Assembly (NCBI GenBank): GCA_963783305.1
Contig: CAWAMW010000007.1
Coordinates: 416,001-480,000, forward strand
Reading direction: 5' to 3'
Source of the DNA: an uncultured Gemmatimonadales bacterium
Lineage (GTDB): Bacteria; Gemmatimonadota; Gemmatimonadetes; Longimicrobiales; RSA9
Length of the DNA stretch: 64,000 bases
This document shows positions 8,891-21,106 of the stretch, piece after piece; the first letter of the stretch is position 1; every line of letters starts with the position of its first letter. The translations under genes were made by a program, and so were the position numbers. Under the pieces are notes generated by a model that made no database searches, was not told the origin of the DNA, and saw only the letters and a list, made by a program, of their open reading frames with translations.

Positions 8891-11158
8891 ATGAGCTGGA
8901 TACACAACATCAGGATCGGTCGCCGACTCGCGCTCGCGTTCGGTGCGGTGGTGATACTCATGGTCGCCGGGTTCGGAGCGGGTCACAACCGTCTGGGCGC
9001 CCTGCATGAGATCACCGACCAGATATCGAGCGATAACTGGCAGAAGGTGCGGGTGGCGAACGCAGCGGCGGACGCGGCCGACGAGCAGGGCCTCCTGGTC
9101 TACCAGTTGTTCTTCGCCGCGGGCACCGCGGACCAGGCGGACCTCCGCCAGAGTGCGGAGGAAGCGCAGCGAGCGGTGGGATCCAAGTTGGACACCCTGA
9201 CGAGCCTGGCGACCACGGGTGCGGAGGAGGAGCTGCTGTCGAAGGTGGACGAGGCCAAGGTCGCTTTCGACGCCTCCTTCATCCGGCTTGCCGACCTGCT
9301 GGAGGAGGGCGGGTCCATCATTGAGGCGAGCTCGACCCTCCAGCGTGAGACGACGCCCGCGCTGAACGCGCTCCGGAGCGCAGTGGAGGGATACATCGAC
9401 GTGCAGGAGGACCGGTTCGCGGCGGCTGGCGCCGCGGCGAACGCGAGCTACGCGGCGGGAGCGTGGCTCCTGGTGGTGTTCGGCGTGCTGGCCGTGCTGG
9501 TGGCCGGCGCCCTGGCCTGGACGATCGCCCGGAGCATCACGGTCCCTCTCGGCCGGGCGGTGGGCCTCATGAAAGAGATCGGGCAGGGCCACCTGAGCGA
9601 GCGCGTGGAGCTGGACCAGAAGGACGAGCTCGGAGAGCTGATCGGCACCATCAACCAGTTCGGGTCCGACCTGAAGGTGCACGTGATCGGCGTGATGGAC
9701 CGGCTCAGCCGCGGGGACCTGGCGGTGGACCTGGCGCAGAGGGACGACCACGATGAGATCGGCCCCGTGCTGCGCCGGATCCACAGCTCGCTCGCGGCGC
9801 TCGTGGAGCAGGCCGGCGGTCTGACCGCGGCAGCGAAGGGCGGCGACCTGGAGCGGCGCGCCGACAGCGGCCGACTGCAGGGCGCCTACCGGGACGTGGT
9901 CCAGGGCATCAACGACACGCTGGACGCGGTGCTGGACCCCATCAACGAGGCGGCATCGGTGCTGGAGCAGGTAGCGGCGCGGGACCTGACGGCGCGGGTG
10001 GAGGGCAGGTACCAGGGGGACCATGCCCGCATCAAGGACTCGCTAAACACGGCGCTGGACAACATCGAGTTGGCGCTCGCCGAAGTCTCCGGCGCCGCGG
10101 AGCAGGTGGCCGGTGCGGCGTCACAGATCAACGGGAGCAGCCAGTCGCTGGCACAGGGGTCCAGTGAGCAGGCGTCGTCGCTGGAGGAGGTCTCCAGCAG
10201 CCTGCAGGAGATGGCGAGCATGGCCCGGCAGAACACGGGTAATGCTCAGGAGGCCCGAAGCATGGCGGAGGGCGCGGCGCGGAGCACGGCCAAGGGAACC
10301 GAGGGGATGCGGCGGTTGAGTGCCGCGCTGGACAAGATCAAGGATTCGAGCGATGCCACGGCGAAGATCGTGAAGACCATCGACGAGATCGCGTTCCAGA
10401 CGAACCTGTTGGCGCTGAACGCGGCGGTGGAGGCCGCGCGCGCTGGCGAGGCCGGGAAAGGCTTCGCGGTGGTCGCAGAGGAGGTGCGATCGCTGGCGAT
10501 GCGGAGCGCTGAAGCGGCCAAGGATACGGCGCAGCTGATCGAGGGGAGCGTGTCGAACGCCGAGGAAGGGGTGTCGGTGCGCGTGGAGGTGCTGGAGCAG
10601 CTGCAGGAGATCGAGTCCGGCGTGACGCGGGTTCGGGAGGTCATGGCCGAGATCGCCGCCGCCAGCGAGCAGCAGACGGACGGGGTGGACGAGATCAACA
10701 GCGCGGTGGACGAGATGAACGGCGTCACGCAGACCACGGCGGCCAGCGCGGAGGAGAGCGCGAGCGCGGCGGAGGAGCTGACGGGCCAGGCCGCGCGGAT
10801 GAGCGAGCTGGTGGGCTCCTTCCGGATCCGCCGCGAACCGGTCAGCGCGGCGCCCACGGCCCGTGGTTCGAGGCCCGGGGCGCGTGAGCACCCGACCGCG
10901 CGCAAGCCCGCCGGCAGGGGAGTGTCTGCGGCGGCGGGGATCAAGATGCCACCGAAGGCCACGCCCAAAGCATCCGCCGGGACGGGATCCAGAGGCAACG
11001 GCGGGGGGAACGGCCGCGGGAACGGGCACGGCAATGGTGCAGGCAATGGTGCAGGCAATGGTACAGGCAATGGGAACGGCAACGGTAGCGGCCACGTAGA
11101 GCCGCGGCCGCAAGACCTGATTCCGTTCGACGACGACGGGGTCCTGAGGGAGTTCTGA
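8891..11158 (+). CDS. Methyl-accepting chemotaxis protein (4-helix-bundle sensor, multiple HAMPs, Gly/Asn tail)
   Basis: Two TM helices, HAMP repeats, signalling tip [34 protein letters not shown]. Confidence 0.95.
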   Translation: MSWIHNIRIGRRLALAFGAVVILMVAGFGAGHNRLGALHEITDQISSDNWQKVRVANAAADAADEQGLLVYQLFFAAGTADQADLRQSAEEAQRAVGSKLDTLTSLATTGAEEELLSKVDEAKVAFDASFIRLADLLEEGGSIIEASSTLQRETTPALNALRSAVEGYIDVQEDRFAAAGAAANASYAAGAWLLVVFGVLAVLVAGALAWTIARSITVPLGRAVGLMKEIGQGHLSERVELDQKDELGELIGTINQFGSDLKVHVIGVMDRLSRGDLAVDLAQRDDHDEIGPVLRRIHSSLAALVEQAGGLTAAAKGGDLERRADSGRLQGAYRDVVQGINDTLDAVLDPINEAASVLEQVAARDLTARVEGRYQGDHARIKDSLNTALDNIELALAEVSGAAEQVAGAASQINGSSQSLAQGSSEQASSLEEVSSSLQEMASMARQNTGNAQEARSMAEGAARSTAKGTEGMRRLSAALDKIKDSSDATAKIVKTIDEIAFQTNLLALNAAVEAARAGEAGKGFAVVAEEVRSLAMRSAEAAKDTAQLIEGSVSNAEEGVSVRVEVLEQLQEIESGVTRVREVMAEIAAASEQQTDGVDEINSAVDEMNGVTQTTAASAEESASAAEELTGQAARMSELVGSFRIRREPVSAAPTARGSRPGAREHPTARKPAGRGVSAAAGIKMPPKATPKASAGTGSRGNGGGNGRGNGHGNGAGNGAGNGTGNGNGNGSGHVEPRPQDLIPFDDDGVLREF
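11030..11073 (+). repeat. In-frame 12-nt tandem repeat GGCAATGGT(G/A)CA x3.7 encoding GNGA
   Basis: Read directly in the MCP C-terminal linker. Confidence 0.8.
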
Positions 11159-11170
11159 GGAGGGAGCATG

Positions 11171-11203
11171 CGGGCCGGCGTCGGGACGAGCCGGCCCGTT
11201 TTC
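11171..11203 (+). terminator. Rho-independent terminator after the first MCP
   Basis: CGGGCCGGC...GCCGGCCCG followed by TTTTC. Confidence 0.7.
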
Positions 11204-11258
11204 ACTGAACGCGCCCCCACCGTTCCGGCGGGCACAGGCGCAGGCGGGTGGAGGGGGA

Positions 11259-13244
11259 ATGCGGATTCAGGGGAAGGTCATGACGGCGGCCGGGCTGATG
11301 GCCGGGCTGCTGGTAGCCGGGGGTGCGGTGGGGGCGTTCAGTGTCGCGACGGTGCAACGGAGTCTGGAGGCGGTGCACGCGGCCGACATGGCGGCGCTGG
11401 AGTTCCGGGACCTCCAGGTAGCGCACCTCTACTGGGTGGAGCGGGTGGCTGTGCTGGTAGGAGCCCCCGGTGCTCGAGAGATCCGGGTCCCGCTGGACCC
11501 GACGGAGTGCGCCCTCGGGGAATGGCTGGGGGGTGAGGGTGTGGCCCGGACCACGGCCGTGAATGCCCAGGTGGAGTTGCTGGTGGGCGGCATCCAGGCG
11601 CCCCACGACCGGATGCACGCGGCTGCTACGGCTCTGGATGCGCGACTCAGGACGGGCGCGGTCACGCCCGCCGAGGCACAGGAGCGGTTCCGGATGGCCA
11701 TCGTGGGGCCTGCCACGGAGGTGCAGGCGCGGATGGAGCAGGCGTCCGCGCTTCTCAGTGACGGGGCGGCGGCCTCCGTGGCGGAGCAGGCGGCGCAGCA
11801 GCGCAGGGCTCTCGCGATCGTCGTGCTGGGGGTGATCTTCGGAATCGCTCTCGTTCTGGTGGCCGGGATCCTGTTCGCGCGCTCCCTGAGCCGGCCGCTG
11901 GAGAGGGTAGTGGGGATGGTGCGGGAGCTGACGCGCGGGCGCCTTGGCCAGCGGTTGCGTCTGCGGCGTGGGGATGAGATCGGAGAGCTTGGCGCCGCCA
12001 TGGATCGCTTCGCCGACACGCTGCAGACCGACGTCGTGGGCACACTGGACCGGCTCTCCCGCGGCGAGATCGAGCTGGACATCTACGACGCGGACGACGG
12101 CGACGAGATCGCTCCAGCGCTGCACCGCATCCGCGACTCCCTGGGCGTACTGGTGGCGGAGATGGCCCGGCTGGCCCAGGGCGGTCGAAGCGGCCGCCTG
12201 GAGGTGCGCGCGGAGCCAGGTCTCCTGGAGGGGAGTTACCGCTCCCTGGTGGAGGGCGTGAACGCGGTGCTGGACGCGGTTGCGGAGCCCATTGGCGAAG
12301 CATCGCGTGTGCTGGACGCGGCCGCGGCCGGCGACCTGACCGTGCGGATGGTCGGTCGGTACGAGGGGGAGTACGACCGCATCCGGCGGTCGCTGAACGG
12401 CGCCCTCCAGAGCATCCGGGAGACGCTATCGGAGGTCGCCGCCGCCGCGGAGCGCGTGGGGGCGGGCTCGCATGAGATCGACAGCGCCAGTGTCGAGCTG
12501 GTGAGCGGCGCGAGCACACAGGCCGCCCGCCTGGCGGACGTATCGGCGAGCCTTCGCCAGCTGGTGGGGATGGCCGACCGCAACGACGCGGGTGGCCGTG
12601 AGGCGAGCCGGGCGGCGGAGGATGCCGGGCGCAGCACGGAGTCGGCGCGCGAAGCTCTGGAGCGACTATCGAACGCGATGGAGCGGATCGGCGGAGCGAG
12701 TCGGGCCACGGGGGCCATCGTGCGGACGATCGACGAGATCGCGTTCCAGACCAACCTGCTCGCGCTGAACGCGGCCGTGGAGGCCGCGCGTGCGGGCGAG
12801 GCGGGGGCGGGGTTCGGAGTGGTGGCGGAGGAAGTACGCAACCTGGCCATGCGGAGCGCGGCGGCGGCCCGGGACACGGCGGACCTCATCGAGGAGAACG
12901 TGGGGCGCGCCGCGGAGGGCGCCGAGCTCGAGCAGGTCGTGGAGCGTGAGCTGAGGGACACGCGGGAGGGGATGGCGCGGCTCCAGGAACTCATGGAGGA
13001 GATCGTGGTCGCATCGCGCCAGCAGGCGCGCGGAGTGACGGAAATCGACCAGGCGGTAGCGGCGGTGGGCGAGGTGACGCGGACGACGGCGGCGGGCGCC
13101 GAGCGGGCGGCCGGAGTGGCCACGGACCTCACGGGCGCGGCGGACCAGGTCCGGTCCCTGGTGGGCCGGTTCACGCTGGAGATCGCCGCGGGTGAGGATC
13201 GTCCGCGGCGCCCGCAGCGGGTGCTGGAGCCGGCTGGGCCGTGA
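11259..13244 (+). CDS. Methyl-accepting chemotaxis protein with CZB (zinc-binding) domain
   Basis: HLYW...[10 protein letters not shown]...HDRMH CZB motif between two TM helices; conserved MCP tip. Confidence 0.9.
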   Translation: MRIQGKVMTAAGLMAGLLVAGGAVGAFSVATVQRSLEAVHAADMAALEFRDLQVAHLYWVERVAVLVGAPGAREIRVPLDPTECALGEWLGGEGVARTTAVNAQVELLVGGIQAPHDRMHAAATALDARLRTGAVTPAEAQERFRMAIVGPATEVQARMEQASALLSDGAAASVAEQAAQQRRALAIVVLGVIFGIALVLVAGILFARSLSRPLERVVGMVRELTRGRLGQRLRLRRGDEIGELGAAMDRFADTLQTDVVGTLDRLSRGEIELDIYDADDGDEIAPALHRIRDSLGVLVAEMARLAQGGRSGRLEVRAEPGLLEGSYRSLVEGVNAVLDAVAEPIGEASRVLDAAAAGDLTVRMVGRYEGEYDRIRRSLNGALQSIRETLSEVAAAAERVGAGSHEIDSASVELVSGASTQAARLADVSASLRQLVGMADRNDAGGREASRAAEDAGRSTESAREALERLSNAMERIGGASRATGAIVRTIDEIAFQTNLLALNAAVEAARAGEAGAGFGVVAEEVRNLAMRSAAAARDTADLIEENVGRAAEGAELEQVVERELRDTREGMARLQELMEEIVVASRQQARGVTEIDQAVAAVGEVTRTTAAGAERAAGVATDLTGAADQVRSLVGRFTLEIAAGEDRPRRPQRVLEPAGP

Positions 13245-15004
13245 TCTCCCGCCGGGCGCTGGCGCTGGTGGCGTCGGTGCAGATTGTCCTGATCGCGCTG
13301 CTGCTCCGGCCGGGTCACGGCGAGAGCGCGCTGGCGGTGCTCGCGGGGGCGGCGTTGGTCCTGGGCGCCGGGGTCGCGCACGGGCTGGCGCGGGAGGCGG
13401 CGGAGCGGGCGGGGGACCGGGCGCTCTCGCGAGAGGCGCTGGCGCGAGGCATCCAGGAGGTGCAGGCGACGCAGGACCTGCTACGCCGGAGCGAGGAGTA
13501 TTACCGATCGCTCGTGGAGCACGGGTCGGACATCGTGGTGGTGCTCCGCGCCGACGGCCGCATCCGGTACGCGAGCCCATCGGTGGAGCGGAGCCTCGGC
13601 TACGAGGCCGACGCACTGCGTCATCGGGCGTTCCTGGATTTCGTGGAGGCGGCCGATGTCGCGCTGGCGCTGGAGAGCTTCGGCGGGATCCTGGATGAGC
13701 CGGGCGGCCTGGTGCACCTGACGCTCCGGATCCGGCATGTGGACGGAAGCGAGCGTCACCTGGAGGGTGTGGCCCACAACCTGGTGCACACGAGTGTGGC
13801 GGGTGTGGTGTATACGGCGCGCGACATCACCGACCGTGTGCGCGTGGAGGAGGCGCTGCGGGCGCAGGAGGCGCAGCTCCGGCAGGCGCAGAAGATGGAG
13901 GCCGTGGGCCGGCTGGCGGGCGGCGTCGCTCACGATTTCAACAACATCCTCACCGTGATGGGCGGGCACGGCGACTACCTCCTGGAGAAGCTGGCTCCCG
14001 GGGACCCGCTCCGTGAGGAAGCGGTGGGGATCAACGACGCGGTGGCGAGAGCGGGGCGCCTGACGCGGCAGCTGCTCGTGTTCAGCCGTCGCGAGGTGGC
14101 GCGGGCGCGCGTCGTGGACCTCGGCGCGCTGGTGCGGGACGTCGACACGCTGATCCGGCGACTGGTTCCGGCCACCGTGACGCTCCGGACGGAGCTACAG
14201 GCGGAGCGCTGGCGGATCGTGGCCGACCCCGGTCACATCGAGCAGGTGATCCTGAACCTCGTGGTGAACGCGCGGGACGCCATGGCGGCCGAGGGGACGC
14301 TCACCATCGCCACGGCCGATCGGGAAGTGGTGGAGCCGATCCCCGGGCGGTTCGGAGATGTGCCGACCGGCCAGTATGTCCGGCTGACCGTATCCGATAC
14401 CGGCGCCGGGATCGCCCCCGAGATCATCGACCGCATTTTCGATCCCTTCTTCACCACGAAGGGCACCGGCGGGACGGGGCTGGGCCTCAGCACGGTCTTC
14501 GGCATCGCGCGGGATGCGGGGGCGGGGATCCGGGTCGAGAGCGAAGTGGGGCATGGCGCGCGGTTCGAATTCTACTTCCCGGCCACGGAAGACGCGGTTC
14601 CGGCATTCGATGTTGCGAGCCCGCAGCCGGCCGAGTCAGCGGGCGAGACGCTCCTGCTCGTGGAGGACGAGGAAGCGCTCCGCACCCTCACCGCCCGGGG
14701 GTTACGGGAGCGCGGCTACACCGTGCTGTCCGCGGCCAACGCGGAGGCGGCGCTGCGCATGGTCGACCTCTACCGTGAGCCGATCGACCTGCTGGTCACG
14801 GACGTGGTCATGCCCGGCCTGAACGGTCCCGCGCTCCACCGGGAGCTGGAGGCGCGAGCCGGTCGGGTGCCGGCGCTGTTCGTCTCGGGCTATCCGGGCG
14901 AGGACCTGGGGGAGGGAGTGCTGGAGGGGCTCAGCCTGCTGCCGAAGCCGTTCACGGCGGCGCAGCTCGGGGAGCGGATCCGGCGGGTACTGGACGAGGG
15001 CTGA
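13241..15004 (+). CDS. PAS-domain hybrid sensor histidine kinase/receiver (CckA-like architecture)
   Basis: TM, PAS, H-box [31 protein letters not shown], receiver TDVVMP; GTGA overlap with the MCP stop. Confidence 0.9.
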   Translation: MISRRALALVASVQIVLIALLLRPGHGESALAVLAGAALVLGAGVAHGLAREAAERAGDRALSREALARGIQEVQATQDLLRRSEEYYRSLVEHGSDIVVVLRADGRIRYASPSVERSLGYEADALRHRAFLDFVEAADVALALESFGGILDEPGGLVHLTLRIRHVDGSERHLEGVAHNLVHTSVAGVVYTARDITDRVRVEEALRAQEAQLRQAQKMEAVGRLAGGVAHDFNNILTVMGGHGDYLLEKLAPGDPLREEAVGINDAVARAGRLTRQLLVFSRREVARARVVDLGALVRDVDTLIRRLVPATVTLRTELQAERWRIVADPGHIEQVILNLVVNARDAMAAEGTLTIATADREVVEPIPGRFGDVPTGQYVRLTVSDTGAGIAPEIIDRIFDPFFTTKGTGGTGLGLSTVFGIARDAGAGIRVESEVGHGARFEFYFPATEDAVPAFDVASPQPAESAGETLLLVEDEEALRTLTARGLRERGYTVLSAANAEAALRMVDLYREPIDLLVTDVVMPGLNGPALHRELEARAGRVPALFVSGYPGEDLGEGVLEGLSLLPKPFTAAQLGERIRRVLDEG

Positions 15005-15005
15005 C

Positions 15006-15695
15006 TCAGGCGGCTGTGAGGGCGAACCCTACGCCGCGCTCGGTGCGGATCCGGACTGCGGCCCGGGCGCGGTTGAGCTTGCGGCGCAGGTTCGATACGT
15101 GAACGTCGATCACGTTCGTCCCCGGGTCGAAGGCCATCCCGAGAATGCGATCGAGGAGCTCGCGGCGCGGCACCACGCGCTCGGGCTGCCGGACGAGGTA
15201 CTCCAGGAGGTCGAACTCGCGGTGGGTCAGCTCGAGGACCTCGCCGTTCACCCGCGCCAGCCGGGACGCCCGGTCCAGCGCGAGCCCCGCGAACTCGAGG
15301 ACGGGCGCGCCACCCGTGGTGCGGCGGCGAAGCAGCGCTCGGACGCGTGCGTTCAGCTCCACCACCGAAAACGGCTTGCCGAGGTAATCGTCCGCTCCCG
15401 CGTCGAGACCCTCGGCCACCTGATCGGCCCTGTGTCGCACGGTGAGCATGAGAACGAGGGTGGGGCGCCGGGCCTTCCGGACCGCGCGCAGCACATCGAG
15501 CCCGGATTGCCCGGGGATCTCTACGTCGAGGAGTGCGATGTCGAACTCCTCCTCCATCAGACGGCGCTCGGCCCTCACCCCGGATGGCTCCACCACGACG
15601 GCGAGACCGGCTTCCTCGAGCGACCGTCGCACCAGGAGGGCGATCCCCGGGTCGTCATCCACTACCAGCGCCCTGACGGTCATCGTGTTCCGCAT
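15006..15695 (-). CDS. OmpR/PhoB family response regulator
   Basis: Receiver (GADDYLGKPF) plus winged helix (LTHREFDLL, NVIDVHVSNLRRKL, TERGVGF). Confidence 0.92.
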   Translation of the reverse strand: MRNTMTVRALVVDDDPGIALLVRRSLEEAGLAVVVEPSGVRAERRLMEEEFDIALLDVEIPGQSGLDVLRAVRKARRPTLVLMLTVRHRADQVAEGLDAGADDYLGKPFSVVELNARVRALLRRRTTGGAPVLEFAGLALDRASRLARVNGEVLELTHREFDLLEYLVRQPERVVPRRELLDRILGMAFDPGTNVIDVHVSNLRRKLNRARAAVRIRTERGVGFALTAA

Positions 15696-15724
15696 GCGCG
15701 TTCCTCGTTCCAGTTCATGGGAGA

Positions 15725-15751
15725 GTATCGACGTCGGCCCCGAATCCTTGA
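15725..15751 (-). promoter_or_regulatory. Sigma28-type promoter of the OmpR-type regulator
   Basis: Minus strand TCAAG-N14-GTCGATAC. Confidence 0.55.
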
Positions 15752-15845
15752 ACCGCCATCTCTTAACGGCCCCTTAACGCAAGGTCGCCCGCGCCGACCG
15801 ATTCTACCTGTAGTTGGACGAACACGGCGCACGGGGAGCGAAGCG

Positions 15846-16316
15846 ATGACGGTCGGATCGGGAGTCGGTACCGGTGGAGCGCAGGAATATCTCGCGGTGG
15901 TCCTGGAGCGATTCACGTGCGTGTTTCCCGCGCGTCTCGTGGTGGAGATCCGGGCGGTCCCGGATCTGACGCCGCCGGCTACGACCGGGCAGGCGCACGT
16001 GGGGTCGATGACCGTGCAGGGGAGGTCGGTAGCGGTGTTCGACCTGCGTGCACTCCTGGGGCTCACTCCCTGGCGTCGTCTGCCGACCGCCTCGGCGCTG
16101 GTAGTCCTGAGCCATGGCGCGGGGCCGGACGGTCCGGAGCGGGCGCTGCTGGTGGACCGTGTATCGGAGATCCTGGCGCTGAGCCCGGCGGAGATCGTCG
16201 CGGAGCGGCCGGAGGTCATGCCCGCCTCGCTGGTGCTGGGCCTGGCGCGCCGCGCCGAGTCGCTGGTGGTGCTGGACGGCGAAGCCGTGATCGCGGCGTG
16301 CGCCGACCCGGTCTGA
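15846..16316 (+). CDS. Divergent CheW-like protein
   Basis: GSMTVQGRSVAVFDLRALLG, ALLVDRVSEI and LVVLD pattern of the CheW fold. Confidence 0.75.
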   Translation: MTVGSGVGTGGAQEYLAVVLERFTCVFPARLVVEIRAVPDLTPPATTGQAHVGSMTVQGRSVAVFDLRALLGLTPWRRLPTASALVVLSHGAGPDGPERALLVDRVSEILALSPAEIVAERPEVMPASLVLGLARRAESLVVLDGEAVIAACADPV

Positions 16317-16324
16317 TCCCGCGT

Positions 16325-16351
16325 TCAAGAGTCCGGAGCTTCGGCCGAGAA
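16325..16351 (+). promoter_or_regulatory. Sigma28-type promoter of cheRDYXB
   Basis: TCAAG-N14-GCCGAGAA. Confidence 0.6.
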
Positions 16352-16389
16352 TAGCCAGGGTGCAGGAGACCATCGAGAAGGAGCCGGAG

Positions 16390-17196
16390 ATGTCGAGTGG
16401 GTATCCGTCGCTGGAGCTGAGCGCCCGTGAGTTCGGGCGGATCAGCGACACCATGCGGGAAGTCGCGGGAATCAAGCTGCCGCCGGGCAAGGAGACGCTG
16501 GTCAAGTCGCGGCTCTCGAAGCGACTGCGGGTCCTGGGCCTGGAGGATTTCGACGCCTACCTGCGGTTCCTGGATGAGGATGGCACGGGGGGCGAGCTCA
16601 CGGAGATGGTCGATGCCCTGACCACGAACAAGACCAGCTTCTTCCGCGAGTCCGCGCACTTCGACCACGTCGTCGAGGAGGTTCTGACCCAGGGCGGGCC
16701 GACGGGGCTCCGCCTGTGGAGCGCCGGCTGCTCCACGGGGGAGGAGCCGTACACGCTGGCCATGCTGGTTCGGGAGCACGCCCCGACCCGTACCGACACG
16801 CGGATCCTGGCCACCGACATTTCGGGGCACGCGCTGCGCGCCGCCCGGCTCGGTGAGTACCCCCCGGCCGTGGTGGAAGCCGTGCCGGAGGTGCTGCGCA
16901 AGCGCTACCTGGAACGAGGAGCGGGCGGTCGCTCGCGCGTTGCGGCGGAGTTGCGCTCCCTCGTCTCTTTTGCGCACCTCAACCTGATGGGCGAATGGCC
17001 CATGCGCGGTCCCTTCGACGTGATCTTCTGCCGGAATGTGATGATCTATTTTGGCCGCGACGTGCGCGAGCGGCTGGTCCGTCGTTTCCACGGCATGCTG
17101 CGCCCAGGCGGGCACCTGTACGTGGGTCACAGCGAGAGCCTGACCGGCCTCGACCACCCCTTCCAGTACGTTCGGCCCGCGGTGTACAGGCGGTGA
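16390..17196 (+). CDS. cheR: Chemotaxis methyltransferase CheR
   Basis: TTNKTSFFRE, WSAGCSTGEEPY and FDVIFCRNVMIYF motifs. Confidence 0.95.
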   Translation: MSSGYPSLELSAREFGRISDTMREVAGIKLPPGKETLVKSRLSKRLRVLGLEDFDAYLRFLDEDGTGGELTEMVDALTTNKTSFFRESAHFDHVVEEVLTQGGPTGLRLWSAGCSTGEEPYTLAMLVREHAPTRTDTRILATDISGHALRAARLGEYPPAVVEAVPEVLRKRYLERGAGGRSRVAAELRSLVSFAHLNLMGEWPMRGPFDVIFCRNVMIYFGRDVRERLVRRFHGMLRPGGHLYVGHSESLTGLDHPFQYVRPAVYRR

Positions 17197-17207
17197 TCGG
17201 CACCCGG

Positions 17208-17693
17208 ATGGACACCCGGATCGTCGTCGGAATCGCCGATCTGAGGATCGGGCGCGCGGGCGACCACCTGATCACGCACGCGCTGGGAAGCTGTCTGGGC
17301 ATTGTCGCCCACGACGCGGTCGCCGGGGTGGGGGGCATGCTCCACGTGATGCTGCCCGACTCCCGAATCAATCCCGCGAAGGCGAATAGCCACCCGGCCA
17401 TGTTCGTGGACACGGGCGTGCCGCGCCTGTTCGAGGAGTGTTATCGGGTGGGAGCTCGCAAGGAGCGGATGTCCGTCTGGGTGGCCGGGGGCGCAGGAAG
17501 GGCAGCGGGTCCGGAGGTGGACTCGTTCCAGATCGGCAAGCGCAACTTCGTCATGCTGCGCAAGCTGCTCTGGAAGAACGGCGTGCTGATTCGTGGCCAG
17601 GATGTGGGCGGCCATGGCAGCCGCGACCTGATGTACGAAGTGACGACGGGAATTGTGAAGGTCCGGTCCGCGGGGGAAACGCGGACCCTCTAG
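17208..17693 (+). CDS. cheD: Chemoreceptor glutamine deamidase CheD
   Basis: THALGSCLGI, GGMLHVMLP, IGKRN and DVGG motifs. Confidence 0.93.
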   Translation: MDTRIVVGIADLRIGRAGDHLITHALGSCLGIVAHDAVAGVGGMLHVMLPDSRINPAKANSHPAMFVDTGVPRLFEECYRVGARKERMSVWVAGGAGRAAGPEVDSFQIGKRNFVMLRKLLWKNGVLIRGQDVGGHGSRDLMYEVTTGIVKVRSAGETRTL

Positions 17694-17706
17694 CAAGGGG
17701 AAGATC

Positions 17707-18082
17707 ATGGGACTCAGGGTCCTGGTGGTAGATGACAGCGCGGTGATGCGGCAGCTGATCCGTCGGACGCTCGTGCTCACGGGGCTGTCGCTCGAGCATG
17801 TCGAGGAGGCATGCGACGGCGCGGTGGCGTGGGGCGCGTTGGGCCGGAGCCGGTACGACCTGGCCCTGGTGGACATCAACATGCCGGTCATGGACGGCGA
17901 GGAGCTGATCGACCGGATCCGGTGCGACAGCCGGGTGAAGGACCTGCCCGTCCTGGTGGTGTCGACGGAGAGCGGGGAGACCCGCCTGGCGCGGCTCACG
18001 CCGAAGGTCGAGGGCTTCGTCCACAAGCCGTTCACGCCTGAGGCCCTCGGCGAACAGATCCGTATGATGGTGGAGGTGCCCC

Positions 18083-18093
<11 letters not shown>
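17707..18093 (+). CDS. cheY: CheY-like single-domain response regulator
   Basis: VVDDS, DINMP, ST and KPF residues; located in the che operon. Confidence 0.8.
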
Positions 18094-19560
<1,467 letters not shown>

Positions 19561-19592
19561 CCGGTAGTGGCGCGAGGGAGCGGGACGTAGAA

Positions 19593-19624
19593 ACGCCCGG
19601 GATCGCGAACGCGGCCCCGGGCGT
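19593..19624. terminator. Hairpin between convergent cheB and fliW
   Basis: ACGCCCGGG...CCCGGGCGT stem. Confidence 0.55.
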
Positions 19625-19644
19625 CTTCGTGGGCGTCGTCGTCG

Positions 19645-20106
19645 TCAGTCGAGCAGTGAGAGGGGCCGTCGCACTCCATGCGCGGAGTCCCGCAGGATGA
19701 CCTGCCGTCCGATTCCCTCGGACAGGTTCAGCGCCAGCGGACCCTGCAGATTGGCTGTGGCGCTCGTGTCCTCGGACGGCGGCAGCGTCACAATGGCCAG
19801 GATGGCAACATCGCCGTGGGAGCGAGCGCCGAGGGACTCGACGTGGGGGGCGGCGAGCTCGACCTCATAATCGTCGAAGTGGAGGAACGGATCGACGAGG
19901 AAGAAGATCAGCGACGGGTGCTCTGCCGACTGTAGCCAGTAGCTCCCCCCGCCGCCGGCGGGCACGAGCACGTAGTCGCGGGTATCCGGGAACCCCAGGA
20001 GGCCGTCCGGGAAACGCACCAGGCGCGTCTCCGGGATGGTGAGTGGGCCCAGCACTTCCGAGGCGACGGAAAGCATTCGCGGCGATGGCATGGCAACGAC
20101 GTTCAT
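19645..20106 (-). CDS. fliW: Flagellar assembly factor FliW
   Basis: FPDGLLGF, WLQS, VDPF, TANLQGPL and GRQVIL motifs. Confidence 0.93.
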   Translation of the reverse strand: MNVVAMPSPRMLSVASEVLGPLTIPETRLVRFPDGLLGFPDTRDYVLVPAGGGGSYWLQSAEHPSLIFFLVDPFLHFDDYEVELAAPHVESLGARSHGDVAILAIVTLPPSEDTSATANLQGPLALNLSEGIGRQVILRDSAHGVRRPLSLLD

Positions 20107-20981
20107 CGGATATAGTCGGCTAGAGTGGTGGACATGATCTTCGATGCGGCCAGGAGCGCTGACTGGTAGGCCATCTGTCGACCCACGAGATCGGCCACGG
20201 CTTCCTCGATCTCCACGTCCTCCAGGTCGGAGCGCAGGGTCTTCAGGTTCAGGTCGAGCGCCTCCACGTTGGCACTTGCCACCTCGAGTCGGTTGGTCCG
20301 CGCGCCGACCTCCGAGAGCACCCTCTGTACCCCATCGAACGCGGCGTCCAGCTCGGACAGGGAGCCACTCAGGCGGCTGGTGTCCCCGCTCTGGAGCGCG
20401 TCCGCCAGCTCCGACAGGGCGTTGAAGACGCCGGTGTCCTCGAAGACTTCGGCGCCATCGTGATTCGTGGTGAACCAGCCGGACCCACCGATATCCACCT
20501 GGTGCCCGGCGGAGCGCACGTTGTCGCCCATCACTCCGGTGGCGTCGAACGGCGGGGCGTCGGGGGCATCGCCCCCGAACAGGAAGCCATCGTCGAACGG
20601 GGTGTTGGCCGCCTGTACGGCCGCATCCAGGAGCACCTGTGCTTCGTCGCCGAGCGTCGCCAGAGACTGCGCGTCGGCCGTGCCGGACAGGCCCGCAACG
20701 CCCAGCTCCTTGGCGCGGGTCAGAAAATTCGTCAGGCCCTCGAGGGCGCTCTCTTCCGCTCGCAGGCGCGAGCCCGCCCGCTCGATATTGCGCCCGTACT
20801 GTTCCAGCGCCCGGCTGCCGCGAGCGGAGCGCAGGATCCCGTCCGCCGCCACCGGGTCATCGGAGGGGGCGTGCACGCGCTTCCCCGTGGCAACCCGACG
20901 CTGCGCGTCGGCCAGCCCGCTCATCGTGTTTCGGATAGCCGCCAGCGTCTCGCGCTGAATGGCGTTGCTCGTGATTCTCAA
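20103..20981 (-). CDS. flgL: Flagellar hook-associated protein 3 FlgL
   Basis: TTG start after SD GGAGAG; (M)RITS...TGKRVHAPSDDPV, ANT..FLFGG, EVGARTNRL, C-terminal TLADYIR. Confidence 0.9.
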   Translation of the reverse strand: MRITSNAIQRETLAAIRNTMSGLADAQRRVATGKRVHAPSDDPVAADGILRSARGSRALEQYGRNIERAGSRLRAEESALEGLTNFLTRAKELGVAGLSGTADAQSLATLGDEAQVLLDAAVQAANTPFDDGFLFGGDAPDAPPFDATGVMGDNVRSAGHQVDIGGSGWFTTNHDGAEVFEDTGVFNALSELADALQSGDTSRLSGSLSELDAAFDGVQRVLSEVGARTNRLEVASANVEALDLNLKTLRSDLEDVEIEEAVADLVGRQMAYQSALLAASKIMSTTLADYIR

Positions 20982-21059
20982 GGTCGCTACTCTCCGGTCG
21001 CACATGCCCAGGGGTCCGGGTTCTCGATGCCCGGCCATTTCGTTATCATTCGCTCCTCA

Positions 21060-21087
21060 CTATCGGCACGAACCGCTAACAACTTTA
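21060..21087 (-). promoter_or_regulatory. Sigma28-type promoter of flgL-fliW
   Basis: Minus strand TAAAG-N15-GCCGATAG. Confidence 0.75.
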
Positions 21088-21106
21088 GCCAACCGCTTCA
21101 GCTCGT

